Source: Octopus vulgaris (taxonomy: Eukaryota). From it: a stretch of DNA of 64,000 bases. This document shows, piece after piece, positions 10,571 through 24,330 of this stretch. The stretch lies in contig OX597824.1 in assembly GCA_951406725.2 (NCBI GenBank), forward strand, positions 44,702,001 through 44,766,000. Reading direction: 5' to 3'. The number at the start of each line of letters is the position of its first letter. Positions within the stretch are counted from its first letter, which is position 1. The notes below the pieces were generated by a model that saw nothing but the letters and a program-made list of their open reading frames with translations, was not told where the DNA came from and did not search any database. The position numbers and the translations under genes were made by a program.

Positions 10571-12633
10571 GGATATGAGCTGGAACCAACAAATCATCAT
10601 CATCATTTAACGTCCATTTCCCATTCTGGCATGGGTTAGACAGTTTGACTGGAGCAGATAAGTTGAGGAGCTGCATCAGGCTCCAGTTATCTGTTTTGGC
10701 TTGGTTTCTACATCCTCCCTAATGCCAATCACTTTACAGAGTGTACTGGGTGTATTTTACGTGTCACTGGCACAGGTGCCTTTTACATGTCACTGGTGGG
10801 TTTCACACAGATTCCATCAACTAAATTCATTCTCAAGGCAATGGTCTGCCAGAGACTCATTGCAGAGCATACTTACCAAAGATGCTGCTCAGTGAGATTG
10901 AACCTGAAATCACTTGATAGCATAATAAACTTCTGAACCACTCAGTAATGCATATAGGGTGACTCAGAAGACCCTTTATTTAGCAACAATTTTCTTTTTC
11001 TGATTTAAAAATCCAGTGTACATAATTAAGACAGTATTTAATTAAAATAGCTATCTATGTATCATACTTAATGCATATGCACTGTCAATAGGCCAAATAC
11101 TTCTATATTTGTCCTCAGATAACATCACACAAGAGATGACAAAGAAATATAAGAGGAAGGACACTACATTGAACAGGACTCATTGGACCCATGCAAGCAT
11201 GGAAAAACAGATATAGAAATGATGATGATGATATATGTGTATAGAGGTGAAGGCATAGCTGTGTGGTTAAGAAGTTTTCTGCACAACCACAGGGTTCCAG
11301 TTTCATTCTCAGTAACTGCACTTTGAACAAGTGTCTTATTGCAGCCCTCAACTAACCAATACTGTGAGTCAATTTGGTTGATGGAAACTGAGTGAAGCTT
11401 ACTGTATACGTGTGAGGGGAGTGTGTGTGTGTGTGTGTGCATTTTGTGTTTGTTTTTCACCATTTGACAACCAATCTTGGTTTGTTCATTTTCTTGTAAC
11501 TTAGCAGTTTAACAAAAAGGGAAATACTAAAATAAGTACTAAACTTTAAGAAATTATATAATAGACTAAATCCTTAGAGGCTGTATCCAGAAACGCTGTC
11601 GTTCAATGACTAAAACAAGTACAAGACTATAAGAATGCATACATGTATGTGGATGTATCCTATATATCTTATCATATATGTGTGTGTGTATGAATGTGTG
11701 TGTGTGTGTGTATAGGCATGTGGGAGTGAAAAGTTAAAGGAGATACTTAGAAGTAATCATAATAATGTAAGCAAAGGATTATAAAAACAGTTTTCTCAAG
11801 AGCTTGGTGAACAGACCCGAATTAGTTGTGAAAGATCTTCATAAGCCCTCAATCTCATTTCCTCTTTTTGGTTGTCAAGCCAGTACAACAAACAAATTTT
11901 CTGTTGTTATCCACAAGTGCCTTACTTACCAGACAAGTATGAAATCCTGACTATGACCAGTCAGGGCATGCAAACTGACTGTTAATACTGAGTCAGTGAT
12001 ATATTGACCTAACCAATTGTTAACATATTTCTGTTTTATCTTTGGTAGGTTTTTATATCTGACTGATTCAATTAATGCTAGCAGCTGCTCCTTTCCACTG
12101 AAACAAATCTCTCTTTCTGTTTCTCTCCCTCTTTCTCTCTGTCTGTCTGGCCGTCTGTCTGTCTGTCTGTCTCTGTTTTCTTTCTCTTTCTCTCGTACAC
12201 CTACACACCCTAAAATTCTTATACACTCACTCAAACACATGTACACACAACATGAATAAAACTAATGATTGCTGAGCTAATCTCTACCAAAATTGACCAT
12301 TAACCTTTTGCATGCTGAATTTGTTACAGAAATAACAACACACAAAACACATGCTCACACATAAACACTTGTATGGAGACGCAAGTACACATTCATACAC
12401 CCTCACATACACAACACATGCACGCACATACACACACAAGTGCACGCATGCACGGACACACACGCACACATTAAATATTGAGGTTGTTGTTCTTGACACT
12501 TCTCCTGGAGCTGGCAGGCACAAAAAGTGGAGGTTGATGACAGAAATGGAATTAGGCCCTAGAATACTCTACCCCAATACACTTATCTGCCCCAAACAAG
12601 CATGGAAAAAAGTTCAAGCAATTAGGAGGCAGT

Positions 12634-12667
<34 letters not shown>

Positions 12668-13620
12668 CTGTATATCTCTCTCTCTCTATATATATATATA
12701 TACACACACATATGTAAACATTGGTTGTACATATATAGCATATGTGTTTTATTTATACACTAAATTTGCTGTAACATGGTGTCCAGGGAAAGCTCTCTAC
12801 ATGATGCTGACTGTTAAAGAACATCAGAATGGCACAGACAACTCACCTCATAAGCACTGAGAATAGTAGATACTAATATTTCACCGTTATTGTAGCTTAT
12901 GAATACTATGTACTCGGATCATCTGGCAAAAAAAGCGAATCACTGGTCTGTGACTTATATGCAAATAGAGTGAAACCCATTTGCTGATGTGCTGTGGCAT
13001 AGCACATGTGACAGAAAATTAAATTACAAATTGAAAGCATCTCAAGTAATGTAAAAATTATCAGTCACTCATACATAGTATATGTATTTTGTTTATATAC
13101 CAAATTTGCTGTGCAATGGCATTCAAAAAAAGCTTCCTACAGTGGTGATTTATTCACATCCAAAACTTTTTATTAAAAAAGTTTTCTACAGCATATATAA
13201 CAATGACCAACATATGTTTCAATTGCAACAACTACACATTGATCCATATGCAATTATGCATCCTAGTCGCTACAATTTCATCAAGGGTCCATCACTTACA
13301 ATGTTTTCAAAGTGAATTAATTCAAACAAGCTTCCTGCATTTGTATTCAGTTGAAGGTTATAGCATTACTTTTTAAATCAAATTGAATTCTGGTCTTATA
13401 ATCACCTCTACTGGTCTTACAGAGGAATCATGGTTTATAAAATGTTCATTCATATTACAATTAATTGTAGAAGTTTTGTTTACATTTTACTGTATAGAGT
13501 ACATTATTTATTCAGAGGTAATTCACTTATATTTGCGTTCTTACCTTTAATTAATATTATTATTGTTATTATTATTTAAAAAATACATATATGTATGTAT
13601 GTATACATATATATACATAC

Positions 13621-13674
<54 letters not shown>

Positions 13675-13676
<2 letters not shown>

Positions 13677-15960
13677 TGGCTTCGCTTCGCTGATGAAGAT
13701 TAGAAGGCTGTTGTCCATGTCGTCTGCACGATCATTCATGGCTGATAAGGCCAATGTAGGATTGACATATCTGATTGCAATGATGACAGGGGCATGGTTG
13801 TCCAGGATCTGATGATGCAGCTGCATTATTTTTTCACCTCTGATGTTTGTCTTCAAGAGAGGCACTACAAGAGATCTCAAAGGAAGAAACAGCATTGCCG
13901 ATGGTATGGCACCAAGCAACACAGTCAGCTGTTAGAGTGGACCACTCACAATAATCAATGTCACAAATGCTAAGGGACTGCTTCAGGCAGTCCTTATAAT
14001 GCTTCTTTCGTGCCCCCCTGTTGCATTGGCCAGTGGTGAGCTCACTATACATGATGATCTTGGGTAGGCATCAGTCTTTCATCCTGTCAATGTGTCCTGC
14101 CCAACGTAGTCATGTTTCAAGTAAAATGGCTTCCAGGCTGGTGACCTTTGCTCACTTGAGACCTCAGTGTTGATGATGTAGTTGCTCTAGTAGATGTTGA
14201 GGATTGCATTTTCCTGGGCAACTCGGTTTACGCCGAAGAGGGCCTGAAAGTATTCAGACCAGCAGTTGAGGATGGATGCTGAGTCTGTGAGAAGCACCTG
14301 GCCATCTGAGCTGTGCAGGGACTCTGGACTTGATGTGCTGGGCCGAAGACTACTTTGAGAACTTCATAGAACCCCCTGTACTCGCCAGAGTCAATGCACA
14401 GCTGGGTTCTCCATGCAAGGTTGGTCCACCACTCATTCTGAACTTCATGGAGTTTGTGCTGCAGGAAGCTGGAGGCTTGGTGAAAGGCTTCTTTCTTCTC
14501 TAGGCAGGTTGGTTGTGCCAGGTGTGCTTGGCAGACAAACCTCTTCTTCTTTAATAATTCCTGTTCTTTTTCTTTGTAAGCACAAGGATTCCTGAAGAGG
14601 TCTGTAGGATGGCGATTTTTAGTTGTTCCCATAGGATTTCTGGTGAGGGATCTGAGGGACAATTGGATTTATCTGCTGCCTGGAAGTTTACTTTCACTTC
14701 ATTTATCTGCAGATCACTAGTTTTGATTTTCTTGTTGTTGGCCAAGTCTTGTCTTTTTTGTTGGTTTGGCCTTGAAGTGGGGCTTGAGTTTGCAAAGGAT
14801 CAGGCGTTGGTCAGTATAGCATCACTCTGGTGTGCATGACATCAGACTGGTCTCGTTGGCATACAAGGACATAGTAAAGGTGGTGCCAGTGTTTTGATCG
14901 GAGGATACATCCAGGTTGTTTTCAGACTGAATCTTTGGTGGAAGATGGTATTGGTGATGATGAGCTGATGTTTGTGCAAAACTCAAGCAAGAGTTGCCCG
15001 TTGACATTACAGTTCCCAACCCCATACTTTCCGAGGACTCCTTTCCAAGTTTCTGAATCTTGGCACACACTGGCATTGAAATCTCCTAGGATTATGACTT
15101 TATCATCGATGGAGGTTCCCTGGAGGAATCTGCACAGGTCTGAGTAAAACTTGTCCTTGCCTGCTGGGTCTGATTGGAGGGTTGGAGAGTAAACACTAAA
15201 GATCATGACATGCTCCTTGTTTTCTAGAGGGAGGCACATGGAGATGATGCAGTCAGAATGACCTGCTGGTAGGGTTTCCAGCATTGAAGCAATGGAATTT
15301 CTTATTATGAAGCCAGCACATCCAGCACCATGTTCTTTCAAGCTGCCTTTCTCTGGGAGCTGGATTTCACTAAGGGCTGCAATATCATTTTCTAGCCTGG
15401 ACAATTCATGTGCAATGAGAGTAGATTTGTGTTCTGGGCGACCTTTGTCGTCTGAGTCAAGAATGGTTCTGACATTCCAACATGCGATCTTCAAACATTT
15501 GGTAACATTTGAAGGGTGTTTGGAGTCTTTTCTTTTTATATCTATGTATATCTGACCGCTTGAAAAAGATGCCCGATGGCCATAGTTTGCCAACTAAGTG
15601 TATAGGAGATGAGCTTTCTTTAAGCCACTTTTTCTAGGCTCCTCTCTATGTGGAGCAAGCAGTCCTCTCCCTAGATAAGGCTGCTCAGTTGTTTGGGATG
15701 CTGCCAGGTGATGTTGTTTCCGAGTCAGCACCAGGTGACTAATGCCCCGAACTGCCTGCAGGCAGGTTGAGAGTTGCAGCTTCCAGTGACATCTTCCACT
15801 TACTATTTCACCCCCTTCCCATCATTACAGGGCTTGGAGAGTTGTGATCATGGTCATGGACATGGACAGATCCTTCGGCCTGCACGATGGAGTTTTAAGG
15901 TGAAGTGCAGTCTGCACAGAACTAGCCCCACCCTTTACACCCTTTACACACACAGCAGTC
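13675..15960 (-). mobile_element. Decayed RTE/BovB-like LINE with the RT region internally deleted
   Basis: IACWNVRT..IAALSE..SVYSPT..ILGDFNA..GVGNCNVNG (APE), and C-terminal MYSELTTGQCNRGARKKHYKDCLK. No RT motifs between them. Confidence 0.85.
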
Positions 15961-18881
15961 ATTATACGTGGTTATTTCAATGACTTCAATTGTTGTATAT
16001 TGTTCTTGACTTCTTCTTTGTTTACTTTTAACCTACTTCCATGCACACAAGCTGTCACCTAACACAATTCAACCTAAGTTGATTAGAATTATTAAGATAT
16101 TAGAAACAATAACCATATCATGATCACATGTTTGGCCTTGTTCATCTTTCCTTGAAAGATCTCCCTCACTCAAACTGAAATTATGGAACAGCTCTCTTCT
16201 ATGAGTCCATGAGTTGTACATATACTGTTTTTATGATGCAAGCATGGCTGTATGGTTAAGTAATTTGCAACCCAATCATGTAGTTTTGGGTTCAGTCTCA
16301 CTGTGTGGCATATTGGGCACCAGGCCAGAAACCTATGTGAGTGGAAGTGTGTGTGTGTATGCCTCCTCATCTTGGTATTGTATGACAGTTGTAAACAAAT
16401 ATCCACTCTCATACAAGGAGTGTCATTCATTTTCAGTTGTCCATGAATACATGTCCAGTCGACTTTGCCTTTCATCCTTTTGGGGTCGATTAAATAAGTA
16501 CCAGTTACGCACTGGAGTCAGTATAATCGACTAAATCTCTTTGTCCTTGTTTGTCTCCTCTACATTTAACCCCCTTTGAAACAAATGATATTTGTAAGGA
16601 TTGTGACAGGAAGAGCACCCACCCATAGAAAATCTCCCTCAACAAATTTTGTCTGACTTATGCAAGCATGGAAAAGTGGGCAATAAATCTATGATGCAAA
16701 ATACATTGAAATTGTCTACTGTTTTCTTATGATGTCATCACTGAATCTGTTTCTACTCTGCCAAAAATGTACTGTTGTTTCATTAGGCATTTTCACACTA
16801 TTTATTATTTGTTTTTTTCCCATAGCTATGTCAAGTTTAGGTAAAACACACAGACTCTCAAATTATTACAGGTGTGACTGTATGGTAAAAAGCTTGCTTC
16901 CTAACTATGTGGTTCCAGGTTCAGTCCCATTGCACAACGTCTTGGGCAACTGTTTTCTACCATAATCCTCAACTGACCAAAGCCTTGTGAGTGAATTTCA
17001 AGACAGAAACTGGAAAAAAATCCATCATATATATATATATATAAAACTCTGTGTGTGCGTGTGTGTGTGTGTGTGCGTGCGTGTGTGCGTGTGTGTGTGC
17101 ATGTGTGCGTGTACATGCGTGCATGCATGTGTGTGTGTGCCTTTGTATTTTTCCCCACCAACACTACTCGGTGTTGGTTTGCTTACATCCCTGTAACATA
17201 GTAGTTTAGCGAAAAAAGACCAAAAAGAGGCTTAAACAATAAGTACTGTGGGGTGTGATTCATTTGACTAAACCCTACATGGCAGTGTCCCAGCACGACC
17301 ACAGTCAAATGACTGAAACAAGTTAAAGATAAAATATAAATATATGCTAACATAAAGCAAATACATAGAAACAGGTAACCAAGTCATGAAACCTTAGTTT
17401 CTATTGGGAATGAACGGAATACTAATTAATGTTAATAAGGACAACACATTTTATTATTCATCAGATGTAATAGTAACCTTTGCATAGGTTGTAAATTAAA
17501 TAAATGCAAAGATAAGAAAGGTATTTTTAATTTTATCTATATATATATATATATTTCTTAATTATTATATATTCATTCATACTTGGCTGTTGGCTTCAAG
17601 CCAAGTTTTACTGAAAACAAACCATTAACATTAAATCAATTGCCAGGCTGATTAACTGTTTTTTAATAGCTTTTCCACTAATTAAACCTGACACTTGAGA
17701 TACTGGCTCTTATTTCTCTGTGGATTTAAAGTTAACCTTTCAACTGTTATATAGTCTTATTAAGATATATTAATATCACTATACCACAGTATATACCAAA
17801 CTATCAGATGTTATTATATATTGCTAGTCACAATGTGCTTCACATTGTTTTAGCTTTTGAAAGAGGGATGCCACCCCACTGGCTAGGTGGGTAGGCCATA
17901 TTTTCCTTGAATGGAACAATAGTCCGTGAGAGGATTATTCATTTACAGCTGAGTGGACTGGAGCTATGTGAAATGAAGTGTTTTGCTCAAGAAGACAATG
18001 CACTGCCAGTGTGGAAATCAAAGCTATGATTTCATAATCTTGAGTGCAACACCCTAACCATTAGGCCACACACCTTCATATTTAGATATATGTAATTTAT
18101 AAAGAATGTTTGTTGTTGTTTGATCCAGTTCAGCACAGATCAAGCAGACCCATAATCAAAGATTTGGCATGTCAGCTTGCGGGTGCTGGTGTCACAAAAA
18201 TGCACCCATTTTGGTGTCACATAAAAGCCCCTGTGTTGGTACCATGTAAAAAGCACCCATGCTAGTGGCCACATAGAAAGCACCTGCACTGTAACAAGCA
18301 CCTGCACTGTAACAAGCACCTGCACTGGTGTCACATAAAAAGCATCCATGCCAGTTCCACTTGAAAAGCACCTGTGCTGGTGCCATGTAAAAAGCACTCA
18401 GTACACTCTGTAAAGTGGCTGGTGTTAGGAAGGGCATCCAGCCATAGAAACTATGTCAGAACAGACAATTGGAGCTTAGTGCATCTCTCTAGCTTTGCCA
18501 GCTCCTATCAAACTGTCCAACCCATGCCAGCATGAAAAACAGACTTTAAATGACAATGATAATGGAACAACATAATCTAATGTATTTTTCTTTCCAGTAG
18601 GGTGTGATTTAAGAGAGACTCAGTTGCCAGCTCTGGCAGGTTGAGCAACCATATAGAGCCTCCTTCATTTGCATGTGTCAGTTATAAAAAATAAATATCA
18701 TAACAAATGGAGAATGGAGACCATTTATTTACTATCTGGTATTTGTTATAATAGAGACAGCACATAGACATACAGTTGTTGATTATAGTGAGTATGAAAT
18801 GAAAAAGGCAATATCTTGTTTGTTGACATATAAACTTTGCATAACTACCAAACCTAGCAACCTGAATTATAAAATAAACAG

Positions 18882-18941
<60 letters not shown>

Positions 18942-19163
18942 CTCTTTCTCTCCCCCTCTCTCTCTCACACACACACATGTACGTACACACACATACAAAG
19001 TTCACATCGCAATCATATGGTTTCAGGTTTACAATGTAGTACTCAAGGCATGTGTCTTCTGTCATAGCCCTAGACTGACCTATGATTTGTGAATGTATTT
19101 GGTAGATGGAAACTATCAGGAAGCACATCATGTATGTTTGTGTGTATGTGTATATATATATAT

Positions 19164-19416
19164 ATTGGGTTGATGCATAATTACTGCGGTATTTTTTTCA
19201 ACAAATTTTATTCAACAGATACAATAACAATATTTAACAAAAACATCTTTAAATGATGTCTGACCATCTACCAAGCATATGGGAAGCAGTAATTGAAGTA
19301 GATGGTGAATATGCTCCAGAATAATCATTTAAAGATGTTTTTGTTGCATGTTGTTATTGTTTTTGTTGAATAAAATTTGTTGAAAAAAATCCACAATAAT
19401 TATGCACCAAACCAAT
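19164..19416. mobile_element. Mariner-derived MITE with long (about 90-95 bp) TIRs in TA context
   Basis: TTGGGTTGATGCATAATTA..CATCTTTAAATGAT is inverted as ATCATTTAAAGATG..TAATTATGCACCAAACCAA. The spacer encodes DHLPSIWEAVIEVDGEYAPE*, a mariner transposase C-terminus. Confidence 0.8.
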
Positions 19417-19673
19417 ATATATATATAAATGATAATATTTATATATATATACATATATATTCTTTTAGTCTTTCACATGTTTCAGTCATTTGACTGTGAC
19501 CATGTTGGAGTAACGCCTTTAGTCGAAGAAATCAACCCCAAGACTTATTCTTTGTAAGCCTAGTATTTATTCTATCAGTCTTTTTTGCTGCTAAGTTTCG
19601 GGGGCATAAACACACCAACATTGGTTGTCAAGCAATGGTGGAGGTACAAACACAGACACAAAGACACATGCAC

Positions 19674-19719
<46 letters not shown>

Positions 19720-19899
19720 TTTTCATACAAAATTTAGAGGACTGACCACTAAAAGTGGACAGCCTGTATGCTAGATATAGACGTCAAAATCGCCATTTTC
19801 CACGAAGAATGTGTTCACAAGAAGAAATTCAGCAAAAAAACCAAAGTGTAAAAATAAGCAAGACAAATATTTTCATTTGTCTTATTTATTTTTACACTT

Positions 19900-20600
19900 T
19901 GAATCTTTAGTCTTTGAATGAGCTTTCTCTTTTCAGGCTTTGAGAAAACTAATTTCTCAAGATTGGTATTTAGACAGTGCGTAGATTTCTCAATAGTTCA
20001 GCATAAGTATTCTCATTTTCGTTGATTTTTAGCTTTACGTTAACATCTGCTGGTAGCTGATTTCCACAACTGTACATAGTTTCTCTTTTCTATTCCAAAT
20101 CACTATGTCAAGTCTATCGTGTTTACATTTTATTGAGGTTTTTACAGGAACATTCTACCAGTACTCCTTTTTATTATGAGTGGCTATGGTTGCTACCGTA
20201 CTGTAAGTTCCTATTTCTTTGTCCTTGGGGTTATCCTTCTTATGGATCTCATTATACAGTGTCCTAGCTACACCATCATGTCTCATTGGTAGATAATACC
20301 ATGATGACATTTTTGGACAACTGCTTATGATATGGCTGATATCTTCTGTGTTAACTCCACAAAGTCTGCATTGGTTGTCACATTTTGCTGCTTTTCCTGC
20401 ATCCCTGTCCATTTTGTGCATGCTATTTGGTATTTAGGTCTTATTCTCTTTGTACATATTTTGAAACTGAAAGAAATATCACTGATGACACTTGATGCAG
20501 CAATAATGTTTAAAATTTCCATTTCATTCTGTACTTCCTACGTACTTGACTCAAACCAATACAAATAATAGTGACTGCTATTCACTGACCTAAAATCAAC
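19900..20600 (-). mobile_element. 3' fragment of a restriction-like-endonuclease non-LTR retrotransposon (R4/Dong-like)
   Basis: CRLCGVNTEDISHIISSC (CCHC knuckle), RHD motif, then a decayed PD-x-E region (DRLDIVIW..VVEIS). Confidence 0.75.
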
Positions 20601-21970
20601 ACCAAGTCATAAATCTTGTGTCAGTCTCTATTTTGACACCTTTGATATAAGCAAGCATGTTATAAATTATGACTAATGCTTATTTGGAGACTAGAAATTA
20701 TATTTCAAAGAATCCTTGCGCATAAAATTACCATTACTTTGAATGTTGTATATTTCACACAGTGTTCTTGATCAAAACACTACTTTTCACATTGCTCCAA
20801 TCCACTCAGCTGGCAAAAATTAGTAATCCTGCAACAGACTGGTGTCCCATCCAGTGAAAAATATATGTGCCACAGAAATCTGGAAACCAGCCCTAAGAGT
20901 ATATATGACTCAGAAAGGACTTTTATCCTTATGTATGTATGTATGTATGTATGCATGCATGTATGAATGAATGAATGAATGACTGAATGAATGAATGAAT
21001 GAATGAATGATAAGTTACTTTCAGTTTCTGTCTACCAATTCCAAGGCATTAGTCAACCCAGGCTATTGCAGAAGACACCTGCTCAAGGTGCCAAGCAGTG
21101 AGACTGAACCCAAACCAGTGTAATTGAGAAGCAAACTTTTTAACCGCATAGCCATGCCTGTGCAAGAAGAAAATTTTCCGACCCAACATCCTGGCATGGG
21201 TGGATTAGGCCTGTGGGAATTGATTGGGGACAGTATGGGTAACAAAAGGACAAATGAGTAGGGATAGTTTGAGTGGAGTTAGATTGAGATCAACCATTTC
21301 TAAAAAAGAGAGACCACAGTAGTTTTGGAGTAAAAGGGAGTGATAGGAGACAGCATATCTGTGGACTCATGTCTGAAGTGTGTTGGTGAGTGACCTCATG
21401 ACAATCAGTCAGGTGGCCTTTCTTTTAATGTGGTGTAGAATATTTATGAGTGTATAACTGCAGCACTGGCCCAGATGTACAAGCAATACTCCATTATAGG
21501 TATCACCTGAGCTTTATAGAGAGTAAGTAGTTGTTAGAGATTCAATTGAAGTATTTTCTGGCTTCAAAGTCTTTGTGATGCAGTTTTGGCTCTGATTGGG
21601 ATGTGCATTTGCCAATCACTTGAACTCAAAAAGAAATTACCTTCTGTCTTGTTTATGTAATTTATTGCATTAGCTTAGATTTTATATCCAAGACATAGTA
21701 ACAATCTCTGTCATTTCTTTTCATAGGTAATGCATCTTGTAGTCTTTCCTGTCTCACATACATGACTATTTCAAGCTGTCTCTTTGTGCATAGAAAATGC
21801 TCCTTTCTTAATCTTGGTTTCAAATCATATCCCTTCTCAAATTAACTTCTGTCATTATCAGAGAAACTTTAAATATTGTGGGAGATGGACACTGCTAATA
21901 TTGGGTATACATATTTTGATTATAAATTTGTTAGTGAATCTTTTATCGTATTATTTTTTTATAATTCTAG

Positions 21971-22039
21971 CACAAATAACTTCAGACAAAAGCACGAATA
22001 TCCATTTTAGTTTGGCATCAACAAGTTGCTGGAGAAAAG
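21971..22039 (+). CDS. C3orf20-like gene, exon 2 (AQITSDKSTNIHFSLASTSCWRKG)
   Basis: ttctag|...|gtgagt. 69 nt, phase 1 to 1, joins exons 1 and 3 in frame. The FSLAS motif resembles C3orf20 LSFSLS. Confidence 0.75.
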
Positions 22040-22761
22040 GTGAGTTACCTCTCAACAGATGTTAAAAGCATCCAAAGGCCAGGAGGTGGTATTAAGCCAG
22101 ACACTGGATGAAGTTTACCATTCAAAACTAAGAATATATCCTCTGGTTGGTTTCCAGGTGGTTTCCATTCTAATTTCATTTACATGTCTTTTGTCAGCTA
22201 GAAACAAATGTATGAGATAACTGCCCAAGGGACTATACTGAAGGATTGAGTCTGAAAACATATAGCTGTGAAATTAACTTAACTGTGCCCAGATGTTTTA
22301 AAAGTATTGGGGAATTGAATTTGATTGCTCTAATTGCAAGAAAAATGTTTTTATATATTAACTTTAAATGTAGGCATAAAGCTATAAATTTGGTAGGGAA
22401 TGGTATTGTCCTGTACCAGTCAAATATTGGATACATTTAAACTGAATCAAGTATTTGACTTGTGTGTTATTTTTTTCTTCTCCAGAAGGATGAAAAGCAA
22501 ACTCCAATGGTAACTGAGATGAGAATTTAAATGAATAGTTACTAAATACCACAATGCATTCAGTTCAATATTACACAAACTTTGTGACCCAATGTATATG
22601 TAATTTTTTTTTATAATTTAGTTTCTAGGATTATAATCTAATAGAAATAGTAATAAAAAAATAAAATATATTTGAAAATGAAATATTGACAAAATAACTT
22701 AAAAAGAAAACAAATTAAAGAATATTTTGATGCTCATTTGCCTTCTGTTTATATATTATAG

Positions 22762-22855
22762 GATATGCTGTGGTCAGTGATGAAATAAGTGATCTAAATC
22801 GTAGAAAAATTCTTATAATGTGTGTTCAAATTCTTCAGAAAGCTAAAGAAACAAT
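22762..22855 (+). CDS. C3orf20-like gene, exon 3 (YAVVSDEISDLNRRKILIMCVQILQKAKET)
   Basis: ttatag|...|gtacgt. 94 nt, phase 1 to 2, open frame. Confidence 0.75.
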
Positions 22856-23890
22856 GTACGTATATTCTTTTGATTTGTTTTGAGGAATATGTAGTCACTG
22901 CATATATTATATTGACAGAGAAAAAAAAATACAGGTAGTATATTGACTGCAGAGACACAGCTACTAAGTTGAATAAACTGAATTCAGTCTAGATAAATTC
23001 TAAGTTATATTTATTCATATATAATATGAGAATTTTAAGATTGAAAAAAAAAAATAATAAATAGGCAAATAAAATCAGAGCTATGGTTAGCAAATAATAT
23101 TGTGTAGCCATAGGAAATGTTTTATTACTGTGAACAACACAAATCTAAGGAGACAGAACAAAGCTCAATAGCTTTTCAACAAAAGTTATGGTGACATTTA
23201 TTTTTAAAAGAATTCAACAGTTTGCATATATTATTGAAGTGTATTTTGTAAATTGGAAATAGATGAAAGAATGCTAAAAGTGTTAGGGAACTAGTACTAG
23301 TATTATTAGATTAAAGGAACTGACAAAGCCTTAATATACAAGTATATCTGAAATAATGTAATCAGAGCAATGATTGTAATGAAATCTTTTTAAAAAGAAT
23401 ATAACTTCCTCTTCAGAATGTTAGCCCTCAGGAATTTTTTCCCTGCACATTCTTATCCTGTAGCCATTGACTTAAAACTCATCAAAAGGAATGTGACCCA
23501 CATCAATCTTAGTGACCTCTGAGGACTGGTGAAAATCAAAGATATTGCCCTCTTCCTCCACACCAATAAAAAAAAATGTTTTCCATATATCTTTTTATAC
23601 CAATAAATCAAAAACCTAAACTGCAAATTAGTGTGGTGGTTTTGGCCTCTAGGTCAGCCCTAATCATGTAAACCTATGATCAATAGATTTCCAGCTGTGA
23701 CCATCCCATGTTTAATATTTTTTCTTTCTGTCATATTTTTTTAAGATGGTAGAATGATGGTAGTTGAGAAACTAGGTAGATGCTTCTTTATTTGGTGTTA
23801 ACTATTGTAGTTATGAAAAGAGATCAAAACTATAACACTTGGAGTAACTATGATCAATAAGACATATATACACAAGTAATAATATAAAAT

Positions 23891-24330
23891 ACTAGCAGAG
23901 ATACCCGGCGTTGCCTGTGTCACATGGAATTGAAGAATTAGACTTTTCTTTTATATTTGCTCTAATGAACTGGAATACCTATGATTCGAATTTCATCAAA
24001 ATTGGAGATTAAGAATTTTAATGAGGGTTCTTTCCCTCTTTACACACCCGAACAAAAATTCTAATCATGACATATTTATCCCATACTACTCATCTTTATG
24101 CCCAGATTCTAAAATCCAAATCTTATAAAACCTATTCAAAGGCTTTTTGCTCCTGAAAAAAAGGGAGCACAGGGAGCTCTAAAATGTGGGAGTTAAGGCC
24201 CCTATTGTAGGTGTGGCCTTAAAGTCAACCAGAGAGGTCGAATTGTTGAGAATCTTTTTTAACTTGTGTCTTATATCTATTGTTCAAATTTCTTTGAAAT
24301 TGGAAATATACAAATGTTCACTGGGTTTGT
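23891..24330 (+). mobile_element. Possible Helentron/HINE-like non-autonomous element
   Basis: Begins ACTAGCAGAGATACCCGGCGTTGCC and contains AATTTCATCAAAAT motifs typical of such elements. Boundaries are uncertain. Confidence 0.35.

Noticed and set aside
15600-15960. HDV-like ribozyme in RTE 5' UTRs (also 46870-47070)
   Set aside because: Such ribozymes are known in RTE elements, but I could not fold a convincing nested double pseudoknot by eye. It needs an RNArobo or Infernal search.
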